A stretch of DNA of 64,000 bases from contig JAUXOG010000085.1 in assembly GCA_030682385.1 (NCBI GenBank), positions 696 to 64,695 on the forward strand. The letters run 5' to 3'. Positions 47,808-57,527 of the stretch are shown here, one piece after another (the stretch's first letter is position 1; every line of letters starts with the position of its first letter). The position numbers were made by a program, and so were the translations under genes. The notes under the pieces were generated by a model. That model made no database searches, was not told the origin of the DNA, and saw only the letters and a program-made list of their open reading frames with translations. The stretch comes from Bacteroidota bacterium (GTDB lineage Bacteria; Bacteroidota; Ignavibacteria; UBA10030; BY39).

Positions 47808-49199
47808 TCAATTTCCTTCCAGCCATCCACCTTTGAAACCGGCACGCTTTAATCCTTTAATGATGTACGGATTTTTTTTCATTACATTCCACACAAAACT
47901 GTTCCTATAATTTTCAATCATTATTGCGATTGGACCTTGATCAATTCCCAAATAATCATTATCGAACCAACCGATTGGATACTCCTGTGTTCGATAAGTC
48001 GGATTGAACGCATCTATAAAACCATACTTTCGGAATACGAGAATGTCATATTTATTTCTGATTGCTTTCAATGTGGGAATGCATATTTCAGGGGCAAAAG
48101 GGATCGAACTAGAGGAGGCGGTCGGTGCGATAGTTCCGTCGTCGTTCGTCCAATCTATCGAAGGCCCACGAGCGGCATATCCTTCAAACTTTCTTCTTTT
48201 ACCATCAATTATAAAGGATGTATCTTTTGGCCCGTCGCAAGCGGTGAAACCCCAGATTGTGTCTGAATAATCTTTAAACTTGCCCGGATTTTCTTTTGCG
48301 TATGCTTGCTGCGAGTATGTTGCTCGGCGAGAATTCTCGAAGTAATCAATTCCTTTTCCCTTCATATACTCATCTTGAATCCCCTTGAAATCTATCCAAC
48401 AATGTGAAAACTGATGACCGAAAAGGGGTGCAAAGCTAATAAACTCATATCCATAAAATTTTGCCCACAGATATGTTTTTGTCCAGGCATCCCAAACACT
48501 TTCGGGAACTGAGTGCGTTGGAGAACCAAGTGCAAGAATGTAGAGAATCATCGCCTCATCATAGCCGTCCCAAATATCCGAATGGAATCCGCGCTCGGGC
48601 GTCCAACCGAGAGTAATCCCATTTCGTCCAGCCATTGCCCATTGCCAATCGACTCTGCGATAAAGACTATCAGCAAGCTGACGGATTTCTTTTTCAATGT
48701 TCGTAGCTCGATCAAAATAAGTTTGACAGAAAAGAACACCAGCCATGAGCAAGCCCGTATCGATTGTGGATAGCTCACAGTTCCAGGTTCGCTTGCCTTC
48801 TTTGAGAGTCAGGAAGTGATAATAGAATCCTTTATAGCCGCTTGCGTCCGGCTTTTCACTTTGTTCAAGTTTCAAAAGGAATCGAAGCGTATTCAACACC
48901 CGTTGAGCTGCTTGATTGCGTGTAATGATGCCGCGCTCAACAGAGATTGGATGAGAAGTTAGTGCGAATCCGATTGCAGCGACACTCGATGGCGAATACG
49001 ATGCGGGCCAACGGTCGGGAGTTAAACCTGTAGTAGAATCAGTAACGTCGAGAAAAAATTGTAGTGTACGCTCTTGAAGTGTATCGAGAAAAGAATCCCA
49101 TTTTATAGAATCATCCTTTACAGTGTTTTGTTGACTACATCCAATGGTTATGAATATTATTTGGATAAAAATTATTATGGTAATTTTTCTGGTTTGCAT
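47808..49199 (-). CDS. GH144-like (glucoamylase-family/DUF3131) lipoprotein
   Basis: IGC lipobox; SSVAAIGFAL, GFYYHFL, ELSTIDTGLLMAG, GYDEAMILYILALGS, FGHQFSHCWIDF, LGIDQGPI. Confidence 0.8.
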   Translation of the reverse strand: MQTRKITIIIFIQIIFITIGCSQQNTVKDDSIKWDSFLDTLQERTLQFFLDVTDSTTGLTPDRWPASYSPSSVAAIGFALTSHPISVERGIITRNQAAQRVLNTLRFLLKLEQSEKPDASGYKGFYYHFLTLKEGKRTWNCELSTIDTGLLMAGVLFCQTYFDRATNIEKEIRQLADSLYRRVDWQWAMAGRNGITLGWTPERGFHSDIWDGYDEAMILYILALGSPTHSVPESVWDAWTKTYLWAKFYGYEFISFAPLFGHQFSHCWIDFKGIQDEYMKGKGIDYFENSRRATYSQQAYAKENPGKFKDYSDTIWGFTACDGPKDTSFIIDGKRRKFEGYAARGPSIDWTNDDGTIAPTASSSSIPFAPEICIPTLKAIRNKYDILVFRKYGFIDAFNPTYRTQEYPIGWFDNDYLGIDQGPIAIMIENYRNSFVWNVMKKNPYIIKGLKRAGFKGGWLEGN

Positions 49200-49235
49200 A
49201 GCGTTAAATTATTTTACGATGGATGGGCACGGATA

Positions 49236-50825
49236 CTATTTCATCAATAAAAGTTTTTTCGTTTGAACGAATGTTCCAGCACATAATTGATAGAAGTAGA
49301 TGCCGCTTGAAAGCTCGAAATCCGATCCCGCCCCAGCAAAACGAAATTCGATATTGTGTTTGCCAGCAGTTTTTTGTTCATCGATTAATGTTGCCACCAC
49401 TCGTCCAAGCAGATCGTATATCTTCAAACTCACTTGTGCTGTTTTCGGTATATCAAACTGAATCGTAGTAACTGGATTGAAAGGATTTGGATAATTTTGA
49501 AAGAGCTTGAAATCTGAAATCGATATTGAAGGTTCATTTACATCGGTTACGGGTTCAAAACCTGCACGCTGTAATCCTAATTGTATATATGGACTCTTCA
49601 TAAAACGATTCCAAACAGATTGAGTCCGATAGTTTTCTATCATCACGATTATCGGCCCTTGGTCAATGCCGATTACATCAGGTCCCCACCAATTCACTTT
49701 TAGATTGAAAGCATCTCGGAAACCATAATTTGTCCAGAGTTGAGGGCGGAACGTGTTGTAGAGTTTATGAGCGACTGCAAGAGATTGTTCTGGAGTAAAT
49801 GGTATTGAACTTAAAGCAGCAGTCGGTGTTATTGTTCCGTCGTCGTTAAAAGCCGGCGGCGCACCACGTGCAGCGTATCCAGTTGGTCCGTCAGAAGCAG
49901 TGAGTCCCCAAACAGAATCGCTGTAACCGACAAAGTTTCCCGGATTGTCAATACAGTATTCACGCTGAGCCAAAGTCGCACGGCGCGAGTTCTCAAAATA
50001 ATCTATACCTCTCCATCGCATATAGGCATCGCGAATATTTCTGAAATCAACCCAGCAGTGCGAATACTGATGTCCGAAGAGCGGTGGGAATGGGACGTAA
50101 GAATATCCGTAGTATGTTTCCCACGTATAACCGCTCGTCCATGCCTGCCAGGCGGTTGTGGGAACAGGTTTGGTTGGAGAACCTAACGCGAGAATATATA
50201 AAATCATTGCTTCGTTGTAACCAATCCAATAACCCATTGTGCCGAATTGAGTTTCGGGCTTCCATTCCATCATAATTCCGGAGTTAAGGTTGCGCATCCA
50301 ATTCCAATCGACACGGCGGTAGATTGAATCGGCATACGCACGGATGAGCGTTTCTATCGAGTCGGCTCCAGCAAAGTATTGTTGTGCGTCCAAAATTCCT
50401 GCTAACAACAACCCTGTATCGATAGATGATAGCTCAGAATTCCAAGCCCGGGTTGCAGTTGTCATATCCAAGAAATGATAGAAGAAACCTTTGTAACCGA
50501 TTGTACCTGATACAGCGCTTCCCTGTGGCTTATGCCAAAAAGTTTTAAGAGTCGTCAGCACGCGGTCTCTTGCGGCTTCTCTTGCGACCCAACCTCGATC
50601 AACACCAACACAAATTGCCGATAGTCCAAAGCCAACTGATGCAATACTTGACGGAACCGAGTATGTATTGCGATCTTTTATCAGTCCATTCGAAGGATTG
50701 GCTTCATACCAGAAAAAACGGAAAGCTGAATGCTGAAGCGAGTCTAACAGCTCATCATCACTTTGGCCAAACAAGTTTGGCGATAAAATAAAACTGATAA
50801 GAATGATTGAAAAGAATGGCTTCAT
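49236..50825 (-). CDS. GH144-like (glucoamylase-family/DUF3131) enzyme with T9SS sorting domain
   Basis: SPI signal; SSIASVGFGL, GFFYHFL, ELSSIDTGLLLAG, YNEAMILYILALGS, FGHQYSHCWVDF, IGIDQGP; QNYPNPFNP...KLLLMK. Confidence 0.8.
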   Translation of the reverse strand: MKPFFSIILISFILSPNLFGQSDDELLDSLQHSAFRFFWYEANPSNGLIKDRNTYSVPSSIASVGFGLSAICVGVDRGWVAREAARDRVLTTLKTFWHKPQGSAVSGTIGYKGFFYHFLDMTTATRAWNSELSSIDTGLLLAGILDAQQYFAGADSIETLIRAYADSIYRRVDWNWMRNLNSGIMMEWKPETQFGTMGYWIGYNEAMILYILALGSPTKPVPTTAWQAWTSGYTWETYYGYSYVPFPPLFGHQYSHCWVDFRNIRDAYMRWRGIDYFENSRRATLAQREYCIDNPGNFVGYSDSVWGLTASDGPTGYAARGAPPAFNDDGTITPTAALSSIPFTPEQSLAVAHKLYNTFRPQLWTNYGFRDAFNLKVNWWGPDVIGIDQGPIIVMIENYRTQSVWNRFMKSPYIQLGLQRAGFEPVTDVNEPSISISDFKLFQNYPNPFNPVTTIQFDIPKTAQVSLKIYDLLGRVVATLIDEQKTAGKHNIEFRFAGAGSDFELSSGIYFYQLCAGTFVQTKKLLLMK

Positions 50826-50828
50826 GGT

Positions 50829-53216
50829 TTACCTTCCGAGTGTAATTTTTATTGTATGTGTTGAACCATCTTCAAAAACCGGAAGAACATTTTTAAGTCC
50901 AGGAGTTTTAGAAATGAAAGGATTTCCATCAATTAGAATTTCTTTAACGCTGCATTCGACGCTCGATGGATTACTGACTTCAATCAAATAAGTTGCGCCG
51001 CGAAATTTTCGTTTGACAGAATATTTTTTCCACGTTTTAGGAATGCAAGGGTCGATAATCAGTCCTTCAAAAGTGGACCTTATGCCGAGTATCCAATCGA
51101 TTGTAACCTTAAACAACCAGGAAGCAGAACCTGTGTACCACGTCCAACCGCCACGACCGTAGAACGGAGATTCAGGTCCTTCGATGTTGCCCGGTGTAAC
51201 ATAAGGTTCAGCTACATACTCATCGGGTTTGAGTCCTCTGTTAATCGGATTTATTTTTGAACATATCCGGTAAGCCGCATCAGCACGTTTAAGCAAAGCT
51301 TCTGCAATAACCACCCAAGTAGCTGCGTGTGTATAAACGCCACCGTTTTCACGCATTCCTGCGGCATAGCGAGTAAGATAACCGATGAATGTATCGATAG
51401 TTTTATATGCCGGATATAAAAGCAGAGGTCCTGCTTTATACTCAAGTTCTTTTTCAACTACATCCATAACTTGGTTAGCCCGATTTCTATCGGCTACCTC
51501 AGCAATAACCGACCAAGTCTGAGCATTTAAAAAAACTTTACCTTCAGCATTTTCATTACTGCCAATCTTTTCGCCTGAATCTTTAGTCGCACGGTAATAC
51601 CACTCGCCATCCCAAGCGAGATTATTTAATTTTTCTTTTAATAATTTTGCCCGTTCAAGGTAGGCATTTGTTTTTTGAGTATCGCCGTAGCGCCAAGCAA
51701 TTTCTGAGAAATCGAGAAGTATCCGGTGAATAAAATGCCCAAGCCAAACGGACTCGCCTTTCATATCAAGCCCCACAGCGCTCAACCCGTCGTTCCAGTC
51801 GCCGCCGCCAATCAATGGTAAACCTCGCGCGCTGAACCTTTCGAGCGCCTTGTCAATTGCAAGGATACAATGATCGTAGAGTTTTACAGGTGTCGCATCA
51901 TCCACAAAAGGCTCTTTACAATCGAGTATCGAAAAATCGTTAGTCTCCAAAAGATAATTGTTAACAACAAACGGCATCCAAAGTAAATTATCTGAAATTT
52001 TTGACTTCAGACCGATTTCAGAAATAGGATGCCACCAGTGATAAACCGTTCCGTCTTTAAACTGATGCCGGGCGTGAAGAAGAATTTGCTGTTTAGTTTT
52101 TTCGGGATCTATTGGAAGGAAGATTTGACTATCTTGCAACTGATCTCTGAACCCAAAAGCGCCACCAGTCTGATAATAAGCCGTTCTTCCCCACATCCGT
52201 CCGGAGATTGCCTGATACTTCAGCCAGGTGTTCATCATTATGTTCATCGCATCGTCGGGAGTGTGAATCTCTACCGTGTCGAGAAGTTCATTCCATCTTT
52301 CTCGAACATTCAGAAAAGCTTCATCGACATTCTGAAACGAAGAATATTTTTTAATTAAATCGAGAGCTTGCGGTTTTGAATCGGCAGCGCCGAGTGTAAA
52401 AACAATTGTGATTTCTTCTTTTGGTCCGAGTGAAATGTTATTTTGAAGACTGCCGATAGGATCGAGCATATTACCGCATTTTTTATGGAGCTTTCCTTTA
52501 GTAACTGCTTCAGGATTACTTAACGACCCATAATTACCGAGAAAAGATTCTTTATCACAATCAAAAGAAGCGGGTTTAATGTTAGACGAGTGGAAAGCTA
52601 TATAAGCCCAATCGGCATTCCAATGGCCTCTTTCAGCTGGAATTTCCCACATCCTTTTTGTAGCGAAGATTGCGTTTTCGTCAAACTTTGTTTCGATAAA
52701 AGTTTTGTGGAATTCCCTATGCCAGTCGGGCGATGCGCCAAGTCCCCACTCAAAATAAGTAAATGTTCGAAGTCGGCGTGGACGACGAGTTTTGTTTTTA
52801 ATAGTAAGTCTCCAAATTTCAAGCGGTTCGTTGTTCGGAACAAAGATAAGCAGCTCGGTCTCTATTCCGAAATTCGTAGAATCGATTTTAGTATAACCGA
52901 TACCGTGTTGACAAGAGTAAGAATCCGGCTCATTGCAAACAGGTTTCCATCCAGCGGACCATATATTACCCTTCTCATCTCGCAGATAAATATACTTTCC
53001 CCAATCATCTTTTATTAAATCTTGTTCCCATCGTGTGATTCTGTTTAACTGAGCGTGTGTGCGCCAGCTATAACCGCTGCCGGTTTGCGAAATTGTAATT
53101 CCATAATCACCGTTACTTATTACATTTATCCAAGGTCGGGGTGTTCTTGGTGTTGTGATGATATATTCTTTTCCGTCCGGAGAAAATTTTCCGTACTTAG
53201 TAGCAAATTGTTTCAT
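50829..53216 (-). CDS. GH94 glycoside phosphorylase
   Basis: TPRPWINVISN, YQTGGAFGFRDQLQD, GDWNDGL, GESVWLG, ENGGVYTHAA, WTWYTGSA; no signal peptide. Confidence 0.88.
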   Translation of the reverse strand: MKQFATKYGKFSPDGKEYIITTPRTPRPWINVISNGDYGITISQTGSGYSWRTHAQLNRITRWEQDLIKDDWGKYIYLRDEKGNIWSAGWKPVCNEPDSYSCQHGIGYTKIDSTNFGIETELLIFVPNNEPLEIWRLTIKNKTRRPRRLRTFTYFEWGLGASPDWHREFHKTFIETKFDENAIFATKRMWEIPAERGHWNADWAYIAFHSSNIKPASFDCDKESFLGNYGSLSNPEAVTKGKLHKKCGNMLDPIGSLQNNISLGPKEEITIVFTLGAADSKPQALDLIKKYSSFQNVDEAFLNVRERWNELLDTVEIHTPDDAMNIMMNTWLKYQAISGRMWGRTAYYQTGGAFGFRDQLQDSQIFLPIDPEKTKQQILLHARHQFKDGTVYHWWHPISEIGLKSKISDNLLWMPFVVNNYLLETNDFSILDCKEPFVDDATPVKLYDHCILAIDKALERFSARGLPLIGGGDWNDGLSAVGLDMKGESVWLGHFIHRILLDFSEIAWRYGDTQKTNAYLERAKLLKEKLNNLAWDGEWYYRATKDSGEKIGSNENAEGKVFLNAQTWSVIAEVADRNRANQVMDVVEKELEYKAGPLLLYPAYKTIDTFIGYLTRYAAGMRENGGVYTHAATWVVIAEALLKRADAAYRICSKINPINRGLKPDEYVAEPYVTPGNIEGPESPFYGRGGWTWYTGSASWLFKVTIDWILGIRSTFEGLIIDPCIPKTWKKYSVKRKFRGATYLIEVSNPSSVECSVKEILIDGNPFISKTPGLKNVLPVFEDGSTHTIKITLGR

Positions 53217-53231
53217 GTATTTAATGTGCAG

Positions 53232-54236
53232 TTAAAAAGATAATCCGATTGAAAACCGTTGAACACTTTCCAAACGGCCGTAGTCATTCCAAGCGTAATC
53301 CATTTTAAATTCATAACCACCGACGTCGAAATAAACGCCGGCGCCTAATGTTAAACCTACTTCCGAATCTTGTTGAAAAAGGTTTTGATAGCCGCCTCTA
53401 ATAGCAAAAGTATTTCTGAACATCCATTCAGCGCCAAAACTTATACTTTCCGTGTTATCGTTCGGATGAAAAGCATCAACAGTAAATTGGAATTTATTAT
53501 AATTTCCGATTTGCCACGGCATACTTACACCCACACGGAAAAACACGGGCAATGGGAATTCTTCTGTAAAAAATTGTCCCGGCAGAGCGCTGTTGTCTCC
53601 ATACCGTGTAGGATCTCTATCGAACTGAATACGCAAATCATCACCGGAATATTTTGCCCTTGTACCGAAGTTTGAAATACTTGCACCTATGTGCAATCCA
53701 TCCGGTGAGAGGCGATAAATAGTTCCGACGTTGATAGCAAACGCAGAAAGAGAACTGTGCCAAATCATCTCCTGCATATACGTTACCTGGATGCCGGCAG
53801 AAAATCTATCCGAAATTTGTTTGCCGTAGCCAAGCCCTACTGCAAAGTTGGATACCGTATAACGTTCACCCGTTCCGAGCGGCTGCGACACTGTTCTGAC
53901 CTCAATCTCACCCGAATTTAATGATGTTACACTTGCAAAAAGATTTCCCCACTCACCGGGTTGAATTGAAACTGCCGCATAATTGTAAGCTATGTCTGCG
54001 AGCCAAAGACTATGTGCGAACTGAACTTGATAACCCGACAGCATCCCTATTGCACCCGGATTATAATAAGCAGCAAAGACTTCGCCGTACATTGACGAAC
54101 CTGCATTTCCCATTGCTGAAACACGAGCGCTCGGTTCTATAAGAAGGAATTGACCTACAGTTGTTCCAGTCTTTGTTTGAGAAAATGATGTCTGAAAAAA
54201 TAAATAGATAAAAAATAATATTAAAATCTTTTTCAT
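53232..54236 (-). CDS. PorV/PorQ-family outer-membrane beta-barrel
   Basis: Signal peptide; TTVGQFLLIEPSARVSAMGNA, YYNPGAI, terminal RFSIGLSF. Confidence 0.82.
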   Translation of the reverse strand: MKKILILFFIYLFFQTSFSQTKTGTTVGQFLLIEPSARVSAMGNAGSSMYGEVFAAYYNPGAIGMLSGYQVQFAHSLWLADIAYNYAAVSIQPGEWGNLFASVTSLNSGEIEVRTVSQPLGTGERYTVSNFAVGLGYGKQISDRFSAGIQVTYMQEMIWHSSLSAFAINVGTIYRLSPDGLHIGASISNFGTRAKYSGDDLRIQFDRDPTRYGDNSALPGQFFTEEFPLPVFFRVGVSMPWQIGNYNKFQFTVDAFHPNDNTESISFGAEWMFRNTFAIRGGYQNLFQQDSEVGLTLGAGVYFDVGGYEFKMDYAWNDYGRLESVQRFSIGLSF

Positions 54237-54250
54237 AGCGTGTCTTCCTA

Positions 54251-57200
54251 CTACTTAATAATAGAAAATTTCCCGATACTTGTACCTACCTCGGGTGCAT
54301 CCACATGAAAAATGTATAGTCCAGGCGCAACATCGAGATTATCTTTAGTCCGTAGGTTCCAAGCTACATAACCGCTTGTGGTACCATCGTGGTAAAGCGT
54401 TTGCACAAGTTCACCTCTTATCGTGTAAATTCTAATAGTACAATTTTGTGGAATGTTTCTGAATTCGAGTCGTCGTTCACCACGACCGGAAACTGCGAAA
54501 CGTTCCGGTTCAAAACTCGCTGAGCCGACATAGGGATTAGGCACGACATACGGTTTCTTAGCAAACTGTTCTTTTGCTTTCGTGTTATCAATAAATTCTG
54601 CTTTAGTGACAAACTTAAAAGTATCTTGGACACCATAAGGAACATCTATAACTAAATTGTACACATCCCCTTCAGCGGGTGGAGCAAGCGTTCCTCGAAC
54701 AGATTGACCGATCGTATCGAGTTGAATCCTCCAAGTTTGTCGTGCTGTAGATGGAGCCGATTTCGCATAAGTTACAATATCGATGTATTCATCTGCTCTG
54801 CTTATAGTACTATCTCTGTTAACGTCAAAAAATACGAACTTCATTCGCATATTACCGGTATCGGTTTTAGCGGTAATTCTAAATTTGGCAGGCCGAGCAG
54901 GGCGACCGACACCAAAAGAAATAGATGAATCCATGAATGTATTGGCAAACGTAATTGTAATATCGTCAGGGAAACCGGGACGACGTAAGTTGATTGGCAG
55001 AACATGTATATAATTTGTTTTCAATCGAGCATTCGTCGGACTCGTTGGTGTGAATCCTGTTCGTAACGTATCAAGAACAACTGTCTTTGGGGTCGTAATG
55101 ACTGGAAGTATTCCAGAACCCACCTGTCCGATGCCTTCACCATCAAGGTCATATCCGTTTTTTATTACAACCTTTCCGGTAGTACTGTCGGTTAAATTGT
55201 AAGAAAATGCACGGATACTGTCCGGCGATTGTGTGTTGAATGTAATATAAAAAGTATGATCATCAGGAACCAAATCAGAATTTAAAATCTTTATATCTAC
55301 ATAACCGATTCCTTCTCCGTTAATTCGGACAGTTTTTGATGCGGCAGCAGGTGTATAGCCGAGGGATTTCGGATTAGGTCTGACTTCAGCTACGTTAGAA
55401 GGAAGAATCACACCGCCGCGTGGTGTGCGCGAGACGTTGATAGAATTTTCTGACGGAAAAAATTCTAATGAATCAGATCCGAAATCGTAAGCTGTAACAG
55501 CATAATAATAAAGTTGACCATTGGTTACAGTTGTGTCGATAAACGTATGTGTTATTCCTGTTTCATCGCCAAGGTAATATGCAACACCTTCTACAGTTTG
55601 TTTCGAGAAACCGCTGATGCCGTTTTTCAAATCGAATTGGGCGATGGGCTTTCCATTACCGAATGGACCTGTTCCTCGCCCGGTTGTAATTACTTTCGGG
55701 TCTCGAAATTCAGGGTCTGTTGAGCGGTAAATTCGATAACCCTCGAAATCGTTTATGTTTGTAACGGGGTCAACACCCCGTTCGGCAACATCATCCCAAG
55801 TTAACCGCACGTAAGTGTCGCCTGCTTCTGCTTTTACAGTTGGTAATGGCGGTGGAACAGCAAATTGGTAATTAGCATTGTAAATTTGCTGAACAGTTTT
55901 AACTGTACTACGCAGTTCGATCAGGTCAGCACCGTAACCAAGAGCGAGGCTGAAGCGTTCGGTTTTGCCGGCTTTGAGTTTAAAAGTTCCTGAAGCAAAT
56001 AAAAATCCGATGTTGTAGTTGAGAATAAGAGCAGAATCGAAATGATTAGAAAAGACAGGATCGGTAAATTTTTCATAAAGCCGCTGTGGCCAATTTCGAC
56101 CGTCATCAAAGAAGGCGATGTTGTCTGTTTCAGTGCTCGGGTTACCAGCTCCGGGGGCAATGCGATTCATTTTAAAACCAGTAAGACCGATTTGATCAGA
56201 TTCATTCAAGTCAGTTTTATCAAAATAAGGTTCGCCATTTGTAGGAATTCCGTCTCCCTCGCCTGTATCAAAAGTTTCCGGAACACCATCAGCGCCGTAG
56301 TCGTGTAATTCTGCCACCCAATCGAGGTCCTCATCTCCTGTCCACCATCTTCCGGCTCTATAAGCCGGTCGTTGATCTAATTTTCCGTAAGCAGCTTCAT
56401 ATTTAGAACGGTTATAGTTGGTTTCTACATAAACCCGTATCGCTTGTTGACCTTCAATCAGTTGTCCCGGTCCACCATCTCGTTTTTCATCGGTTATTCC
56501 ATCCTCATCGTTGTCAATACCATCTGCTGCATTCCCTGGAGTTTCAAGATAGGCATAACCGAGGTATCCGGTTTTTGTGCAGTTACCTGCCAAACTCACA
56601 CCATTTCCAAGTTTATCCCAGGTGTAAACCAAATTCAAACCAGAAGACCTGTCGAAGTAAGCATTGTCGTCGTCCGATTCATAAACGCCATCGCAAGAGC
56701 GTGCCGAACCACCGACGCCGGCATCCATATAAATTCCAAAAATTATATTGTCATCGTAATCGGTTGTTCCCTCGTTTGTAATATCATAATGCCAGAAGAT
56801 TACATTACTTGCTTGCGGGTTAGCCCACTGAAATCCCCGCACTTCTATTCGCAAGCCAAGCCCGCGTCGTGTTGTATCGCGATTATCTGGATAAAAATTC
56901 CAAGCATCATAAAATTGGTCATCCATCACAGTAAAGCTCTCTAAGTCGGCGGCTGCTCGTTTGCCGAAGTAACCATTCCATTTTCCAGACCAGCCCGGAT
57001 CATCTATATCATTTAATTTATCTTGCCATTTATCGGGCCAAGTTCTCGGGTCGTTACTCACGGCAGGTGAACGTCCGCGGTTTATTGCCGGATCGGGCTG
57101 AAAGTATCCGGGACGCGGTTCATATCGCATTATTCGGTTATGATATGGACTCAGCCCCTGCCGCTCGCGATAACCAGTTTCCATAATATAAGCATCGACT

Positions 57201-57520
57201 CCGTTTCGTTGGGTAATCTTTGCAAGGACGAAAGGAGTTATACCGTCGCTGTAATTAAGTCCGCTTCCTTTTGGTATTTCTACTGAATGAAAAACACTTA
57301 GATCTACGTTTCCCGGATCGGGTGGATAATCGCCCACCATTCCGAAATTGTAAAAGATAGTCCGGATGTTAGCTGCATCGTGAAAGCCAGCACGCTCAGC
57401 ATCTACCCTTCCCCTCAATTCAGGCGGGACTACAGGTTGAAGTTGTGCGTTTACTTCCAAATAGTTATATATGAAAATAAAAAGTAAAGCGTTTATGATT
57501 TGTCGATAATATTTCTTCAT
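54251..57520 (-). CDS. Large exported hypothetical protein with Asp-rich Ca-binding-like motifs, FN3-like domain and atypical T9SS-like C-terminal domain
   Basis: Signal peptide; DGIDNDEDGITDE and DGVPETFDTGEGDG; VRLTWDD..FEGYRIYRS; C-terminal VVPNPY..IRIYTIRGELV..WNLRT..VAPGLYIFHV..KFSIIK. Confidence 0.75.
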   Translation of the reverse strand: MKKYYRQIINALLFIFIYNYLEVNAQLQPVVPPELRGRVDAERAGFHDAANIRTIFYNFGMVGDYPPDPGNVDLSVFHSVEIPKGSGLNYSDGITPFVLAKITQRNGVDAYIMETGYRERQGLSPYHNRIMRYEPRPGYFQPDPAINRGRSPAVSNDPRTWPDKWQDKLNDIDDPGWSGKWNGYFGKRAAADLESFTVMDDQFYDAWNFYPDNRDTTRRGLGLRIEVRGFQWANPQASNVIFWHYDITNEGTTDYDDNIIFGIYMDAGVGGSARSCDGVYESDDDNAYFDRSSGLNLVYTWDKLGNGVSLAGNCTKTGYLGYAYLETPGNAADGIDNDEDGITDEKRDGGPGQLIEGQQAIRVYVETNYNRSKYEAAYGKLDQRPAYRAGRWWTGDEDLDWVAELHDYGADGVPETFDTGEGDGIPTNGEPYFDKTDLNESDQIGLTGFKMNRIAPGAGNPSTETDNIAFFDDGRNWPQRLYEKFTDPVFSNHFDSALILNYNIGFLFASGTFKLKAGKTERFSLALGYGADLIELRSTVKTVQQIYNANYQFAVPPPLPTVKAEAGDTYVRLTWDDVAERGVDPVTNINDFEGYRIYRSTDPEFRDPKVITTGRGTGPFGNGKPIAQFDLKNGISGFSKQTVEGVAYYLGDETGITHTFIDTTVTNGQLYYYAVTAYDFGSDSLEFFPSENSINVSRTPRGGVILPSNVAEVRPNPKSLGYTPAAASKTVRINGEGIGYVDIKILNSDLVPDDHTFYITFNTQSPDSIRAFSYNLTDSTTGKVVIKNGYDLDGEGIGQVGSGILPVITTPKTVVLDTLRTGFTPTSPTNARLKTNYIHVLPINLRRPGFPDDITITFANTFMDSSISFGVGRPARPAKFRITAKTDTGNMRMKFVFFDVNRDSTISRADEYIDIVTYAKSAPSTARQTWRIQLDTIGQSVRGTLAPPAEGDVYNLVIDVPYGVQDTFKFVTKAEFIDNTKAKEQFAKKPYVVPNPYVGSASFEPERFAVSGRGERRLEFRNIPQNCTIRIYTIRGELVQTLYHDGTTSGYVAWNLRTKDNLDVAPGLYIFHVDAPEVGTSIGKFSIIK

Positions 57521-57527
57521 AAGATAA

